From: Clostridia bacterium
GTDB taxonomy: Bacteria; Bacillota; Clostridia; Oscillospirales; CAG-272
DNA: 64,000 nt
Direction of reading: 5' to 3'
Assembly (NCBI GenBank): GCA_017411605.1
Contig: JAFQPR010000103.1
Coordinates: 8,732 to 72,731, forward strand
Shown: positions 11,147 to 21,472 of the stretch, piece by piece
Layout: each line of letters starts with the position of its first letter
How positions within the stretch are numbered: the stretch's first letter is position 1
The notes under the pieces: model-generated
What the model was told of the DNA's origin: nothing
Seen by the model: only the letters and a program-made list of their open reading frames with translations
Database searches by the model: none
Made by a program: the position numbers and the translations under genes

Positions 11147-11176
11147 AACTTATTTTTACGGTTAAAAAAATATGAC
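11147..11176 (-). promoter_or_regulatory. sigmaE-like promoter of the yabM/spoVB-like gene
   Basis: GTCATA-N16-AATAAGTT just downstream of the hemZ terminator. Confidence 0.5.
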
Positions 11177-11189
11177 CAAAGGAAATTAC

Positions 11190-11234
11190 AAAAAATACGG
11201 TAGAGATACTGTGCAGATACACGATCTCTACCGT
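11190..11234 (-). terminator. Intrinsic terminator after hemZ
   Basis: ACGGTAGAGAT...ATCTCTACCGT inverted repeat followed by a T run on the minus strand. Confidence 0.75.
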
Positions 11235-11269
11235 TCTTATTTATTATATAATACTACTCAAGCTTTTGA

Positions 11270-12790
11270 CTATTTGTCTTCAGATAAAAAGAACTCCATT
11301 ATTTTTTCTCTTATAGGAGGCTTTGCCTCGGGACTTCCCGCTGCCGCGAGCTCATGCTCTCTTAAATATTCATAAGGATATTTAGGAGAAAACAGACGTT
11401 CAATGCGCTTAGGCTTAATTCCATCCTCATCTGTTATTACAAGCTTTGTGACTGCGCCTGCTCCAACCGCAAATATAGTTTGCGTTTCTTCCATCATATA
11501 GACGTTGTAGAGTCCCTCGTGTCCTTCTTTGGCAAATCCTACGTTTTCGAGATTACCGACTGTATTCTTTTGCCTGTACATATAGTAGGGCTTGTAACCC
11601 GCAAATTTTGTTTTTATCTGCGAATACGAAACAGATTTTACCGCATCACCGCCCGAAACAGAATATATATTCGAATTATTCTTCAGCGCATCAGATGCTT
11701 TTTTAACACAAAACGTATGTACGGTAATATTTGTAGGATCAAGTTCTATGATCTTATCAACAGTTTCGGAAAAATTACGGAAATCATCCCCCGGAAGTCC
11801 TGCAATAAGATCTACGTTTATATCCTTGATTCCGCTTTCTTTTGCAATTTTATATGCTTTAAAGAAGTCCTCGGTCGTATGACGTCTTCCGATTTCTCTG
11901 AGAACGTCATCGTTAAGAGTTTGCGGATTTACGCTGATTCTGGTAACACCGTATTTTTTAGCAACAGCGAGCTTTCCCTCAGTTATAGTGTCGGGGCGTC
12001 CTGCTTCAAGTGTAAATTCAGCAAGCGAAGCCGTATCTATCCTTGAAGAAATTTTCGACAAAAGCTTATCAAGCTGCTGCTCCGAAAGAGTCGTAGGCGT
12101 GCCACCGCCAATATAAACGGTTGAAAGCTTCATTCCGAGCTTTGCAATGGTATCAAAGGTATCATCAAGATCAACGCAAAGCGCATCTATATAAGGATCA
12201 ATCAAGGAAAGCAATCTCGGTGTTGTATATGATACAAAGCTGCAATACGAGCATCTTGTAGGACAAAACGGTATTGATACGTAAAGCGAGCATTCATTGT
12301 TCGAAGAGCGCTTCAGAATCTTCATCTCAAGAGAAGCAACAGAAACCGCCAGCGCCGCTTTTTGAGGATTCAGAAAGTACTCATCTCTGAGTATTCTTTT
12401 GCTCTTGGTTATACCGTTTCCCTCGCGGATAAGCGCGCTTGCAATCTTCGCAGGACGAACACCCGTCAAAATTCCCCACGGCGGTATATGCCCGAGCAAC
12501 TCCTTACCTGCGGAAAACAATGCCCTGCCAACGGCAATTCCCTCGTGCGTTGCTATAGATACATTCTCATCCGCGGAAACGCTTGCGGTAGCATCGCAAA
12601 CCTTATCGTTAAGCTTCATTGAAACGTATGCCGTGACTCCGCCGTCAGCATCGGGATATACGTTAACGCTTACTTCCGGAATTCCCTCACCGCCTTCTTC
12701 GTTCTCGCCGAACGTAGCTCCCGGGAAAAAGACCATGCAAAGCGTTTGCACGTAATACCTGTTTATATTTCCGTCTATTTTAAGAACCAT
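11270..12790 (-). CDS. hemZ: Radical SAM HemZ (coproporphyrinogen dehydrogenase-like)
   Basis: PWGILTGVRP, CPTRCSYC, EAGRPDT and PYYMYRQKN motifs; relA-dtd-hemZ synteny. Confidence 0.9.
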   Translation of the reverse strand: MVLKIDGNINRYYVQTLCMVFFPGATFGENEEGGEGIPEVSVNVYPDADGGVTAYVSMKLNDKVCDATASVSADENVSIATHEGIAVGRALFSAGKELLGHIPPWGILTGVRPAKIASALIREGNGITKSKRILRDEYFLNPQKAALAVSVASLEMKILKRSSNNECSLYVSIPFCPTRCSYCSFVSYTTPRLLSLIDPYIDALCVDLDDTFDTIAKLGMKLSTVYIGGGTPTTLSEQQLDKLLSKISSRIDTASLAEFTLEAGRPDTITEGKLAVAKKYGVTRISVNPQTLNDDVLREIGRRHTTEDFFKAYKIAKESGIKDINVDLIAGLPGDDFRNFSETVDKIIELDPTNITVHTFCVKKASDALKNNSNIYSVSGGDAVKSVSYSQIKTKFAGYKPYYMYRQKNTVGNLENVGFAKEGHEGLYNVYMMEETQTIFAVGAGAVTKLVITDEDGIKPKRIERLFSPKYPYEYLREHELAAAGSPEAKPPIREKIMEFFLSEDK

Positions 12791-12814
12791 ATAAACTTTA
12801 CCTTTCGATCTTAA

Positions 12815-13276
12815 TCAGTTCTTTTTTGTATAAAGCACTTTTGAATTCATAACGATGGTTACAGGACCGTCAGTTGACATCTCCGTTCTCATATCAGCTC
12901 CGAAAACACCGCTTTCACACTTTTTCACCTTGCTACCCATAAGTTTAAGAAAATATTCATAAAGTCGGTTAGCCTCATCGGGAGCTGCGCCGCCAAAATA
13001 ATCGGGACGATTTCCGTGCGCGTAATTTGCATTAAGAGTGAAGTTGGATACTACTAACGCTTCTCCGCCTACATCATTAACGGAAAGGTTCATTTTTCCG
13101 GCTTCGTCGGAGAATATTCTCAGCTTGGAAATTTTATCGGCAAGAAGCTCCGCATCCTTTTCGCTATCGTCCTTTTCAACACCGAGAAGGATATATAGAC
13201 CGTGTCCTACGCTTCCCGAGAGTACGCCATCGGCATAAACTGTGGCATTATTAATTCTTTGAAGAACTGCAATCAT
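12815..13276 (-). CDS. dtd: D-aminoacyl-tRNA deacylase
   Basis: MIAVLQR, VSNFTL, FGADM and DGPVT motifs. Confidence 0.95.
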   Translation of the reverse strand: MIAVLQRINNATVYADGVLSGSVGHGLYILLGVEKDDSEKDAELLADKISKLRIFSDEAGKMNLSVNDVGGEALVVSNFTLNANYAHGNRPDYFGGAAPDEANRLYEYFLKLMGSKVKKCESGVFGADMRTEMSTDGPVTIVMNSKVLYTKKN

Positions 13277-13291
13277 AATTTATTCTCACTT

Positions 13292-15523
13292 TTAATTTGA
13301 AAATCCTCTGCTGACAGAAACAACCGATTTAAGCGAACGAAGCTTTGAAACGATCGATTCATAGTGAGCAGTATTCTTACATCCGACAGTAAGATTTACA
13401 AGCACGTTACCGTTTTTCTGCATCTGTGTATTAATAGAAGTGATCGATACTTTCATATCCGCTAAAGCGACGGATATTGATGCGATAACACCGATTCCGT
13501 CCTCAACGACGATCTGAAGCATAGCTTCATAAATATCTGACGATTGCGCACTTTGAGTAGCGGGGGTGTCCCATTCTGCTTTAACCCAACGAGAAAGATT
13601 CTCTTCATTCCTCCTCGAAAGCGTTACGTTGGGACAGTCGGATTTATGAACCGAAACGCCAAATCCTCTCGTAATAAATCCAACTATCTTATCACCCGGT
13701 AATGGGTTACAGCACTTCGAGAACTTAACCTGACAACCGTGCTCGCCGTCAATAATAATACCGCCCGTCGAACGAAGTCTATTACTCTTTGTAGCAAGCT
13801 TAACCTGAGAAACCTCATCCTCTGTTGTCATCTGAGCGGCAGAATCGGCTGCGGTGATCTTTTCAAACTCTTCTCTCATCTTTGGCAAAAATCTCGAAAG
13901 TGAGATTCCGCCGAAGCCGATAGTATTATAGAAGTCGTCGGGATCCTGAATACCTACTCTCCTTGCAATAAGAGTGATAACCTCTTCTATCTGCTCTTCG
14001 GTAAAGTTCTTACCGATCTTACGAATTTCCTTTTCAACCTCAGCCTTGCCGACCTGAATGTTCTCTGCTCTTTTTTCTTTTTTAAACCATTGACGGATCT
14101 TGCTTCGTGCAGCGCCCGTCTTAACTATCTTAAGCCAATCTCGGCTGGGGCCCTTTGATGACTGCGACGTTATTATTTCGATAATGTCACCGTTTTGGGG
14201 AACCTTATCTATCGGAACGATAACTCCGTTTATCTTAGCTCCCATCATCTTATTACCTACGGCAGAGTGTATTGCATAAGCAAAATCTATCGTAGTAGAG
14301 CCGAGAGGCAGAGATATAACGTCACCCTTTGGAGTGAAAACAAACGTTTCATCGTGGAAAATATCCGTTTTGAATGAGCGCATAAATTCATCGGGATCTC
14401 TGGTATTCTCATCCGATTCGAGAAGCTGAGCTATCCAACGAAGCTTCTCATCAATTTCAGCACCCGATTTGCTTCCTGACTTATATTTCCAATGCGCGGC
14501 AAGACCGTATTCAGCTTCCTCGTGCATCTGCGTTGTTCTTATCTGCACCTCGAAGGGAATACCGTTATTTCCTATAACCGTCGTATGAAGAGAGCGGTAA
14601 AGGTTAGGCTTAGGAGTCGAAATATAGTCCTTGAATCTTCCCGGAACAGATTTAAACATTTCATGCACAAGTCCGAGCGCCGTATAGCATTCAAGCTCGT
14701 TATCAACGATAACTCTTACTGCATAAAAATCATATATTTCATCAAAAGCTTTACCGAACGTATACATTTTACGGTAAAGACTGTAAACCGATTTTATTCT
14801 GCCCTCGAGAGTAAAATGAATATTATTTTCAAGAAGCTTTTCCGAAAGCTCTTTTTTAGCGTCGTGCAAAAAGTCGCGGCTGATACCGTACTTTGTTTTA
14901 ATCGCTTCCTCTACCTCGGAATAGCCGACGGGATCAAGATAAAACAAGCTCAAGTTTTCAAGCTCTTGCTTAATTCTCTGCATACCGAGGCGGTGAGCCA
15001 AGGGCGCATAGATATACATTGTTTCAAGAGCAATGGCTCTTTGCCTGTCCTCTTTCTTTGCTGAAAGCGTACGCATATTATGAAGTCTGTCGCACAGCTT
15101 GATAAAGATAACGCGGATATCCTTATTCATCGCAAGAAGCATCTTACGTATATTCTCGATATGCGCCTCTTCCTTATCTGCGACCTGAACCTGTATAATC
15201 TTCGTCAGACCGTCAACGAGCATAGCAACGTCTTTACCGAAAAGCGTTGCCAAAATATTGAGATCCGTCTTATCAGCGCAATCCTCTACCGTATCGTGCA
15301 AAAGAGCTGCCGCAATAGAATCGGTATCAAGTCCCAGCTCGGCAACTATCGTCGCAACCGCAACGGGATGACTTACGTACGGCTCGCCGCTCTGTCTGTA
15401 CTGTCCCTCGTGCATTTCAGCGGAATAAAGGAAAGCTTTATTAATTTTTTCGTAATCGTAATTTCTGTCGTTACCGCGAATAACGTCAAGTAACGGCTTT
15501 ATCAATTCATTCAAATTATCCAT
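13292..15523 (-). CDS. relA: Bifunctional (p)ppGpp synthetase/hydrolase Rel
   Basis: HD domain (LLHDTVED), synthetase (YRSLHT, EVQIRT), TGS, CC and ACT domains. Confidence 0.96.
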   Translation of the reverse strand: MDNLNELIKPLLDVIRGNDRNYDYEKINKAFLYSAEMHEGQYRQSGEPYVSHPVAVATIVAELGLDTDSIAAALLHDTVEDCADKTDLNILATLFGKDVAMLVDGLTKIIQVQVADKEEAHIENIRKMLLAMNKDIRVIFIKLCDRLHNMRTLSAKKEDRQRAIALETMYIYAPLAHRLGMQRIKQELENLSLFYLDPVGYSEVEEAIKTKYGISRDFLHDAKKELSEKLLENNIHFTLEGRIKSVYSLYRKMYTFGKAFDEIYDFYAVRVIVDNELECYTALGLVHEMFKSVPGRFKDYISTPKPNLYRSLHTTVIGNNGIPFEVQIRTTQMHEEAEYGLAAHWKYKSGSKSGAEIDEKLRWIAQLLESDENTRDPDEFMRSFKTDIFHDETFVFTPKGDVISLPLGSTTIDFAYAIHSAVGNKMMGAKINGVIVPIDKVPQNGDIIEIITSQSSKGPSRDWLKIVKTGAARSKIRQWFKKEKRAENIQVGKAEVEKEIRKIGKNFTEEQIEEVITLIARRVGIQDPDDFYNTIGFGGISLSRFLPKMREEFEKITAADSAAQMTTEDEVSQVKLATKSNRLRSTGGIIIDGEHGCQVKFSKCCNPLPGDKIVGFITRGFGVSVHKSDCPNVTLSRRNEENLSRWVKAEWDTPATQSAQSSDIYEAMLQIVVEDGIGVIASISVALADMKVSITSINTQMQKNGNVLVNLTVGCKNTAHYESIVSKLRSLKSVVSVSRGFSN

Positions 15524-15526
15524 ATA

Positions 15527-17710
15527 TTAATTATTTTGCTGAGTTCTCAGCCTTCTTAAAAGATTAGATTTTTCAAGCTCCGCCTTACCGGATCTGTATT
15601 GCATGCTGAAGCGGTAAACGTCCTCACCGACCTCGACTATTCCGATTATATTCAGCTCCTGCATTACTTTAATAATTACAAGAAGCTTTATGTAACCAAT
15701 ACTGCTTCCTCTAAATCCGGAAAGCTTATACAAAATATCGCGCACAGACAGAACCTCATTGCCACATCTTACAGATGAAACGAGGAATCTGTATACATTC
15801 GCAAAATCCTCTCTTGACGGAATCACGTTTTCGCTTTGCTCAAATCTTGCTCCGCTCCATATTTCCGAAAATCTTTGAATTTCGGCATTCATACGCGAGC
15901 GCAAAGCTTCGGATTGCTTGATATCTCTGATGATAAGCTGAGCATTTCTTCTGCCCGACCATTCGTTGACATCAAGATTGAAAAGAACGTCTACCTTATC
16001 GCCGACGTATATATCAAGCGTATCGGGATTGCAAGAGAAGAACATTCCGACAACAACGTTTTTTCCATCGGTAAACGCAAGTCTGGTATGCTTTCCTTCA
16101 CTCACGGGAGCAATCTCGGTAAGAGTAATATCCTTTAAAACGAAGCTCGGAACGGGGTTGCTCACACCGTAAGGCTCAAGTATTCTCAAGTCATCGGCAA
16201 GCGAAAGATTTACGTCTGAAAGAGATATCTCTATGTCAGCTTCTACAGTTGGAATCATATTTTCTTCACTGAGCGTTTCTTTTGCGTACTCATTTATTTT
16301 GCGTCTGAATGCATCGAGATTAGCTCTCGTTACCGAAAGTCCTGCTGCAAGCTCATGCCCACCGAACTTAACAAGCTCATCCTGACAATGGCACAACGCA
16401 TCAACAAGATTCATTCCCTTAATGCTTCTTCCCGAGCCCTTTCCAATATCATCGGGCATTGGAACGTCACCCTCGTTACCTTCGAAGGATATGAGAATAG
16501 ATGGCCTTGAATACTTTTCGGTAATTCTTGAAGAAACTATACCGATAACTCCGTGATGCCAATTATCGGCATCAAGCACGATTACAGGCATTTTGTCGTA
16601 TCCGAATTTTTCTATCTTTTTGTATGCTTCCTCAATTATTCTGTTTTCTTCATTCTGACGCTCTCTGTTTGCATCGCAAAGATCGTTTGCAATTCGGTAT
16701 GCCTTCTCGTAATCTTCGGTCAAAAACAGTTCGACAGCCATTCCCGCCGTTCTGATTCTGCCCGCAGCATTGATCCTCGGAGCAAGAGTAAAACCTATAT
16801 AGCTTGAGGATATTTTGATTTGCTTTCTTTTATTTGCAAAGCGTTGCGCCTCGTTTTTACCCGATGATGCTTCTATAAGTGCCGCAAGTCCAAGTCTCGG
16901 TGATTTTTCCATCTTTTTCAAACCGTAGCTTACGATAAGACGGTTCTCTTCTTTTATTGGCATGACGTCTGCTATTGTTCCGATAGCAACGAGATCTGCA
17001 TATTCGGAAACGATAGAAAGCGCCGATTCCGCTCTTGATTTACCCGTGAATCTCTCCTCACAGGCGCACAAAAATTTAAATACTACACCGACGCCCGCCA
17101 ACTCCTTGAACTTTGATTTACAATCGGGACGGTGAGGGTTAACGACAGCGCACGCTTCGGGTAGCACCTGACGGCATTCATGGTGGTCGGTAATGAGAAA
17201 ATCAACACCGATACTCTTTGCAAAAGCCACTTCGACATCTGCGGTAATACCGGTATCAACGGTGATGATAAGATTTGTTCCAGACTCCGCAATCGCAGAA
17301 ATCGCCGTTTCTGAAACACCGTAACCTTCGCCTATGCGGTTCGGGATATAGTAGTCCACCTCAAGACCAAGAGATCTGAGGTACAGATAGAGTGTACATA
17401 CTGACGTTACTCCGTCAACGTCATAGTCCCCATAAACTGTGACCTTCTCTTTTCTTTCGACAGCTAATGCCAATCGTTCAACCGCCTGTGACATATCTGC
17501 CATTTCATACGGATCAGTGAGAATTTCCGATTCCATATACAAAAATTTCTTTGCGGAAGCTACGTCACGGTAACCTCTGCAATAAAGAAGATTTGCTATA
17601 ATAGCGTTTATACCGAGTTCCTCAGAAATCTTACTGACAGATTCAAGAGTATCTTCGGTAGCAGCATTTTTAATCAGCCATTTCTTCTCCTTCATTTTGT
17701 TTTTTTTCAT
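15527..17710 (-). CDS. recJ: ssDNA-specific exonuclease RecJ
   Basis: GDYDVDG, TDHH, PRINAAGR and GGHELAAG motifs. Confidence 0.96.
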   Translation of the reverse strand: MKKNKMKEKKWLIKNAATEDTLESVSKISEELGINAIIANLLYCRGYRDVASAKKFLYMESEILTDPYEMADMSQAVERLALAVERKEKVTVYGDYDVDGVTSVCTLYLYLRSLGLEVDYYIPNRIGEGYGVSETAISAIAESGTNLIITVDTGITADVEVAFAKSIGVDFLITDHHECRQVLPEACAVVNPHRPDCKSKFKELAGVGVVFKFLCACEERFTGKSRAESALSIVSEYADLVAIGTIADVMPIKEENRLIVSYGLKKMEKSPRLGLAALIEASSGKNEAQRFANKRKQIKISSSYIGFTLAPRINAAGRIRTAGMAVELFLTEDYEKAYRIANDLCDANRERQNEENRIIEEAYKKIEKFGYDKMPVIVLDADNWHHGVIGIVSSRITEKYSRPSILISFEGNEGDVPMPDDIGKGSGRSIKGMNLVDALCHCQDELVKFGGHELAAGLSVTRANLDAFRRKINEYAKETLSEENMIPTVEADIEISLSDVNLSLADDLRILEPYGVSNPVPSFVLKDITLTEIAPVSEGKHTRLAFTDGKNVVVGMFFSCNPDTLDIYVGDKVDVLFNLDVNEWSGRRNAQLIIRDIKQSEALRSRMNAEIQRFSEIWSGARFEQSENVIPSREDFANVYRFLVSSVRCGNEVLSVRDILYKLSGFRGSSIGYIKLLVIIKVMQELNIIGIVEVGEDVYRFSMQYRSGKAELEKSNLLRRLRTQQNN

Positions 17711-17874
17711 TATTTTTTAACCATCAGCTGAGCAAAAGCTCACCTTTCAATTTAATAATCAACATAAGGAGCAGTATCAAATTCTATTTGATGCCGCCCT
17801 ATTTATACGAAGTCAGATTTATGCCGTAAGGACGAATTTGACTTCTAAAAATTCGGTCTTGATTTCACCCGATA

Positions 17875-19494
17875 TCAGTTAGACGATTTGTATTTTTTCA
17901 TTATTGCCAAAGCTGTGCGGATGCCGTCAATTGCGGCACTTGTAATTCCACCCGCATAACCTGCGCCTTCACCTGCAGGATAAAGATTATCATATCCTAT
18001 TGCAAGACGTGTTTCATCGTTTCTTAAGATGCGGAGGGGGGCGCTGGTACGTGTTTCAGCGCCTGTAAGTATAGCATCACGGTCTGCAAAACCGTGTATT
18101 TTTCTGTCAAAATCATAAATTGCGTTCTTTATAGAATCGCAAACGAGTGACGGTAAATAATCATATGGTGAAGCAAGCTTAACGCCGCAACCTCCCATAT
18201 ATGTCGGCAAAACGCCGCTCGGCTCACGCGAAAGCTTCCCCTCGGCAAAATCACCGAAGGTTATTATAGGCGCGGAATAGTCTTTTCCTCCCGCGGCAAA
18301 AGCGGCTCTCTCGATTTTTCTCTGAAATTCTATAGCCGAGCGAGGGTCGCTTCCGTAATCCTCACGGAATATTGAGCATACAACGGCGCTGTTGGAATTT
18401 CTTCCGTCACGCCTACTTTCACTCATGCCGTTTACAACGACTCCGCCCGTTTCACTTGCAGCGGCAACAACTTCACCGCCGGGACACATACAAAAAGTAT
18501 AAACGCCGCGTTCCTTGGTGTTATACGAAAGAGCATATTCGGCATGACCGAGATTCTTATCCCCTGCCATTTTTCCGTACATACCTTTATCAATGGTTTC
18601 GGTAAGATGCTCAATTCTCATTCCTACCGAAAAATTCTTTGCTTCTATCGCAAGATTGTTTCCGATCAAGATTTCATAGGTATCTCTTGCGCTATGTCCT
18701 AATGCCAAAACAAGCGCTCCTACGTTGAGCTTTCCGTTAACCGTCGTTATTGAGGAAATATTGGTCGACTTAAAGTCCGCACCTGTAAACGCCGTATGGA
18801 ATCTTACCTCTCCGCCAAGCTCCTCTATCCTTGCGATCATTTTATCTATAACGCCGCAAAGCACGTCTGTTCCGATATGAGGCTTTGCTTGATAAAGTAT
18901 TTCCTCCGGAGCTCCGAATTCAACGAACTTGCCCAGAACGTAAAGCGACATACCGTCATTAATTCTGGTAATCAGCTTTCCGTCGGAGAACGTTCCTGCG
19001 CCGCCTGCCCCAAACTGTATATTGGTATTTGTATTAAGAATACGCGTTTTCTTGAATTTTTCGATTTCTTGTACTCTCTCGGAAACAGATCCGCCTCTTT
19101 CGATCACTATCGGTGCATATCCGTTTTCTGCAAGCATTAAAGCACAGAAAAGACCGCAAGGTCCGGATCCTACGACAACGGGACGCGCTTTTAACGGTTC
19201 ATTACCATATATAGGCTTGGGTATCTCGCTTTTTTCAACGCATGCCCCTGCAGCAGAAAGACATTTTTCGGTGACGTTAGAAAAAACAGCCGATACAAAA
19301 ACAGAGTAGACAAATTTAATGTTATCCCTCATCCTTGCATCAATACTTTTTCTGTAAATTCTGAAAGCCGCATCGGAAAATTTTATACCCGCTTTCCGCA
19401 GTCTGCTCTCAGCAACTGAAAACGCCTCTTGAACAGAGGCGTCAGTTGGCAATTTTACATTGTTAATGATTAAATTCTGAGTTTTTGAACTCAT
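17875..19494 (-). CDS. FAD-dependent oxidoreductase (uncharacterised COG2509-type flavoprotein)
   Basis: VVGSGPCG, GAGTFSDGKL, FCMCPGG and GEGAGYAGGITSAAIDG motifs. Confidence 0.85.
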   Translation of the reverse strand: MSSKTQNLIINNVKLPTDASVQEAFSVAESRLRKAGIKFSDAAFRIYRKSIDARMRDNIKFVYSVFVSAVFSNVTEKCLSAAGACVEKSEIPKPIYGNEPLKARPVVVGSGPCGLFCALMLAENGYAPIVIERGGSVSERVQEIEKFKKTRILNTNTNIQFGAGGAGTFSDGKLITRINDGMSLYVLGKFVEFGAPEEILYQAKPHIGTDVLCGVIDKMIARIEELGGEVRFHTAFTGADFKSTNISSITTVNGKLNVGALVLALGHSARDTYEILIGNNLAIEAKNFSVGMRIEHLTETIDKGMYGKMAGDKNLGHAEYALSYNTKERGVYTFCMCPGGEVVAAASETGGVVVNGMSESRRDGRNSNSAVVCSIFREDYGSDPRSAIEFQRKIERAAFAAGGKDYSAPIITFGDFAEGKLSREPSGVLPTYMGGCGVKLASPYDYLPSLVCDSIKNAIYDFDRKIHGFADRDAILTGAETRTSAPLRILRNDETRLAIGYDNLYPAGEGAGYAGGITSAAIDGIRTALAIMKKYKSSN

Positions 19495-19524
19495 TATTCC
19501 TCCAAAATCTAAAGCAAGCTAAAT

Positions 19525-20556
19525 TTATAGATTAAGTCTCGAAAGCATTGAAAGAGTCACCGTCAATACCTCTCGGGATACAATGTTAACGTAAAGCCAA
19601 AAGATGGTTGCGCACAAAAGGCTGAGCAAACCTATAAGATAAGTTCCTATCCTGATACCAAATATTTTTTTGCCATATGTGCTCGAGGAAGGAACTACCG
19701 TATCGCGCTCAGATTTGTCCTTAACCCATGCGCGAAGAAGAAAGCTTCTTAAAGTATCGGGTGTATAATTTCTTGTAAGAGTGCAATCGGAGGCAACGGA
19801 AATAACACCTGTTTCCTCGGATACAACGATAATAACCGCATCACTTATCTCACTCATTCCTATCGCGGCTCTGTGTCGCGTACCGAGATCACCGTCGATA
19901 TCCTGACGCCTTGTCAGCGGTAAAAGACATCCCGCGGCAACTATTCTTGCCTCGTCGATCACTACAGCACCGTCGTGAAGAGGGGCCTTGTTAAAGAACA
20001 AATTACGTACTAAAAACGAATTAACATCCGCATTTATTGAAACACCCGTTTGAACAACGTCGTCAAGAACCGTATTCCTTGAAAGAACGATCAATGCACC
20101 CGTCTTGGTTCTTGAAAGATCGCTGACCGCGGCGCAAATATCGTCAACAGCCTTATAATATAGCTGCTGCTTTTTCTTTTGATCGCCAAAACTAAGTATG
20201 CTCTTAAGAGGACCCGATCCAATACGTTCAAGCGCCTCTCGCAACTCCGGCTGGAAAATAATGATAAGAGCTATTACTCCAATCTCAAATATTTTAGAGA
20301 ATATAAACGAAGTTCCGTTAAGCGCAAAAGCCGTCGAAACAAACCATATAACAAGACATATGCCTATGCCCAAAAGAAGAGCTCCGCCTTTTTTGCTCTT
20401 AAAAAATCTGAAAACGCAAAGAAACAAAAATGACAGAACGAGTATATCTATCGCATCCGAAATACCAAATGAAGAAAACGAATTCTTTATGTTTGCCCAA
20501 AGCTCGCTAAAATTCATTCCGTTCTTCGGTGCGGCAGTATCAAGTAAAAAATTCAT
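19525..20556 (-). CDS. cdaA: Diadenylate cyclase CdaA (DacA) with an extra C-terminal TM segment
   Basis: 3 N-terminal TMs, FQPELR, HDGA and GTRHRAA motifs. Confidence 0.93.
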   Translation of the reverse strand: MNFLLDTAAPKNGMNFSELWANIKNSFSSFGISDAIDILVLSFLFLCVFRFFKSKKGGALLLGIGICLVIWFVSTAFALNGTSFIFSKIFEIGVIALIIIFQPELREALERIGSGPLKSILSFGDQKKKQQLYYKAVDDICAAVSDLSRTKTGALIVLSRNTVLDDVVQTGVSINADVNSFLVRNLFFNKAPLHDGAVVIDEARIVAAGCLLPLTRRQDIDGDLGTRHRAAIGMSEISDAVIIVVSEETGVISVASDCTLTRNYTPDTLRSFLLRAWVKDKSERDTVVPSSSTYGKKIFGIRIGTYLIGLLSLLCATIFWLYVNIVSREVLTVTLSMLSRLNL

Positions 20557-20610
20557 ACCGACCTCAATATTTTATATCTAAACGCAAGCATGCGAAATTT
20601 TTATATATAA

Positions 20611-20639
20611 AGTATAACACACATTTTTTATAATTGCAA
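20611..20639 (-). promoter_or_regulatory. sigmaA-type promoter of cdaA
   Basis: TTGCAA-N17-TATACT with extended TG. Confidence 0.65.
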
Positions 20640-20733
20640 TGCCTTTTTTTGAGTTTTTTGACTTTTTTTCAGACTTTTTTTAGCACGGTGTCGGGTCTAA
20701 CGGATATTTTTTTTGCATTTTTCTCGATATCTA

Positions 20734-20779
20734 TTGACTTATTGCAAATAATCTGTTATAATCTGTCCCAGATGATACA
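20734..20779 (+). promoter_or_regulatory. sigmaA promoter of the Crp-ABC operon with a candidate Crp/Fnr-type operator
   Basis: TTGACT-N17-TATAAT followed by TGT-N10-ACA (20764-20779) over the expected start site. Confidence 0.6.
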
Positions 20780-20800
20780 CTTTTCAAAAGGCGGTGAATA

Positions 20801-21472
20801 ATGAATTCCGAGATAATTAGTTTTGCAAAAGAACTTTTTCCTTTTAAGAATATGAAAGAAAAAAACTTACAAAGCGTCCTATCCGAAATAGACGCTTCCG
20901 TATGTTCTTTTCAAAAGGGAGAAACCGTTTTCTCCAAGGAAAGCTACCGTAAGACCGTCGGTTTTATTATGGACGGAGAATGCGAGGTTGAAAGGGAGCG
21001 AGCGGACGGTGACTGCATTTCACTGAATACTCTTGGAAAGTATGCTTCATTCGGGATACTCTCTGTTTTTTCTAAGGAAGCTGAATTTCCAACGGTAATT
21101 AAAGCCGTCAAAGCTTCAAGGGTTATGTTCATTAGCGGAGATGATATGATCGCTATCATAAAAAAATACCCTACCGTTTCGATGAACGTTATCACCTTTC
21201 TTTCGGGAAGAATTGCCTTCCTTAATAAAAAGGTGGAAACCTTCTCGGGAAAAAGCACGGTTGATAAGCTCGCAACTTATCTTTTAACCAAATACAAGGA
21301 GCTCGGCAACGAGATCACCGTCACCAGAACAAAGCTTTCTGCCGAGATCGGCGTAGGAAGAGCTTCGCTTTACCGCGATCTTGATTGCCTTGAAAGTAAA
21401 GGTGTTATCAGAACAGAACAAAAAAAGATTATTATAATTTGCCCCGAGGGGCTCGAAAGGATGCTAAAATGA
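20801..21472 (+). CDS. Crp/Fnr family transcriptional regulator
   Basis: cNMP-binding-type N-domain and HTH (TRTKLSAEIGVGRASLYR). Confidence 0.9.
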   Translation: MNSEIISFAKELFPFKNMKEKNLQSVLSEIDASVCSFQKGETVFSKESYRKTVGFIMDGECEVERERADGDCISLNTLGKYASFGILSVFSKEAEFPTVIKAVKASRVMFISGDDMIAIIKKYPTVSMNVITFLSGRIAFLNKKVETFSGKSTVDKLATYLLTKYKELGNEITVTRTKLSAEIGVGRASLYRDLDCLESKGVIRTEQKKIIIICPEGLERMLK

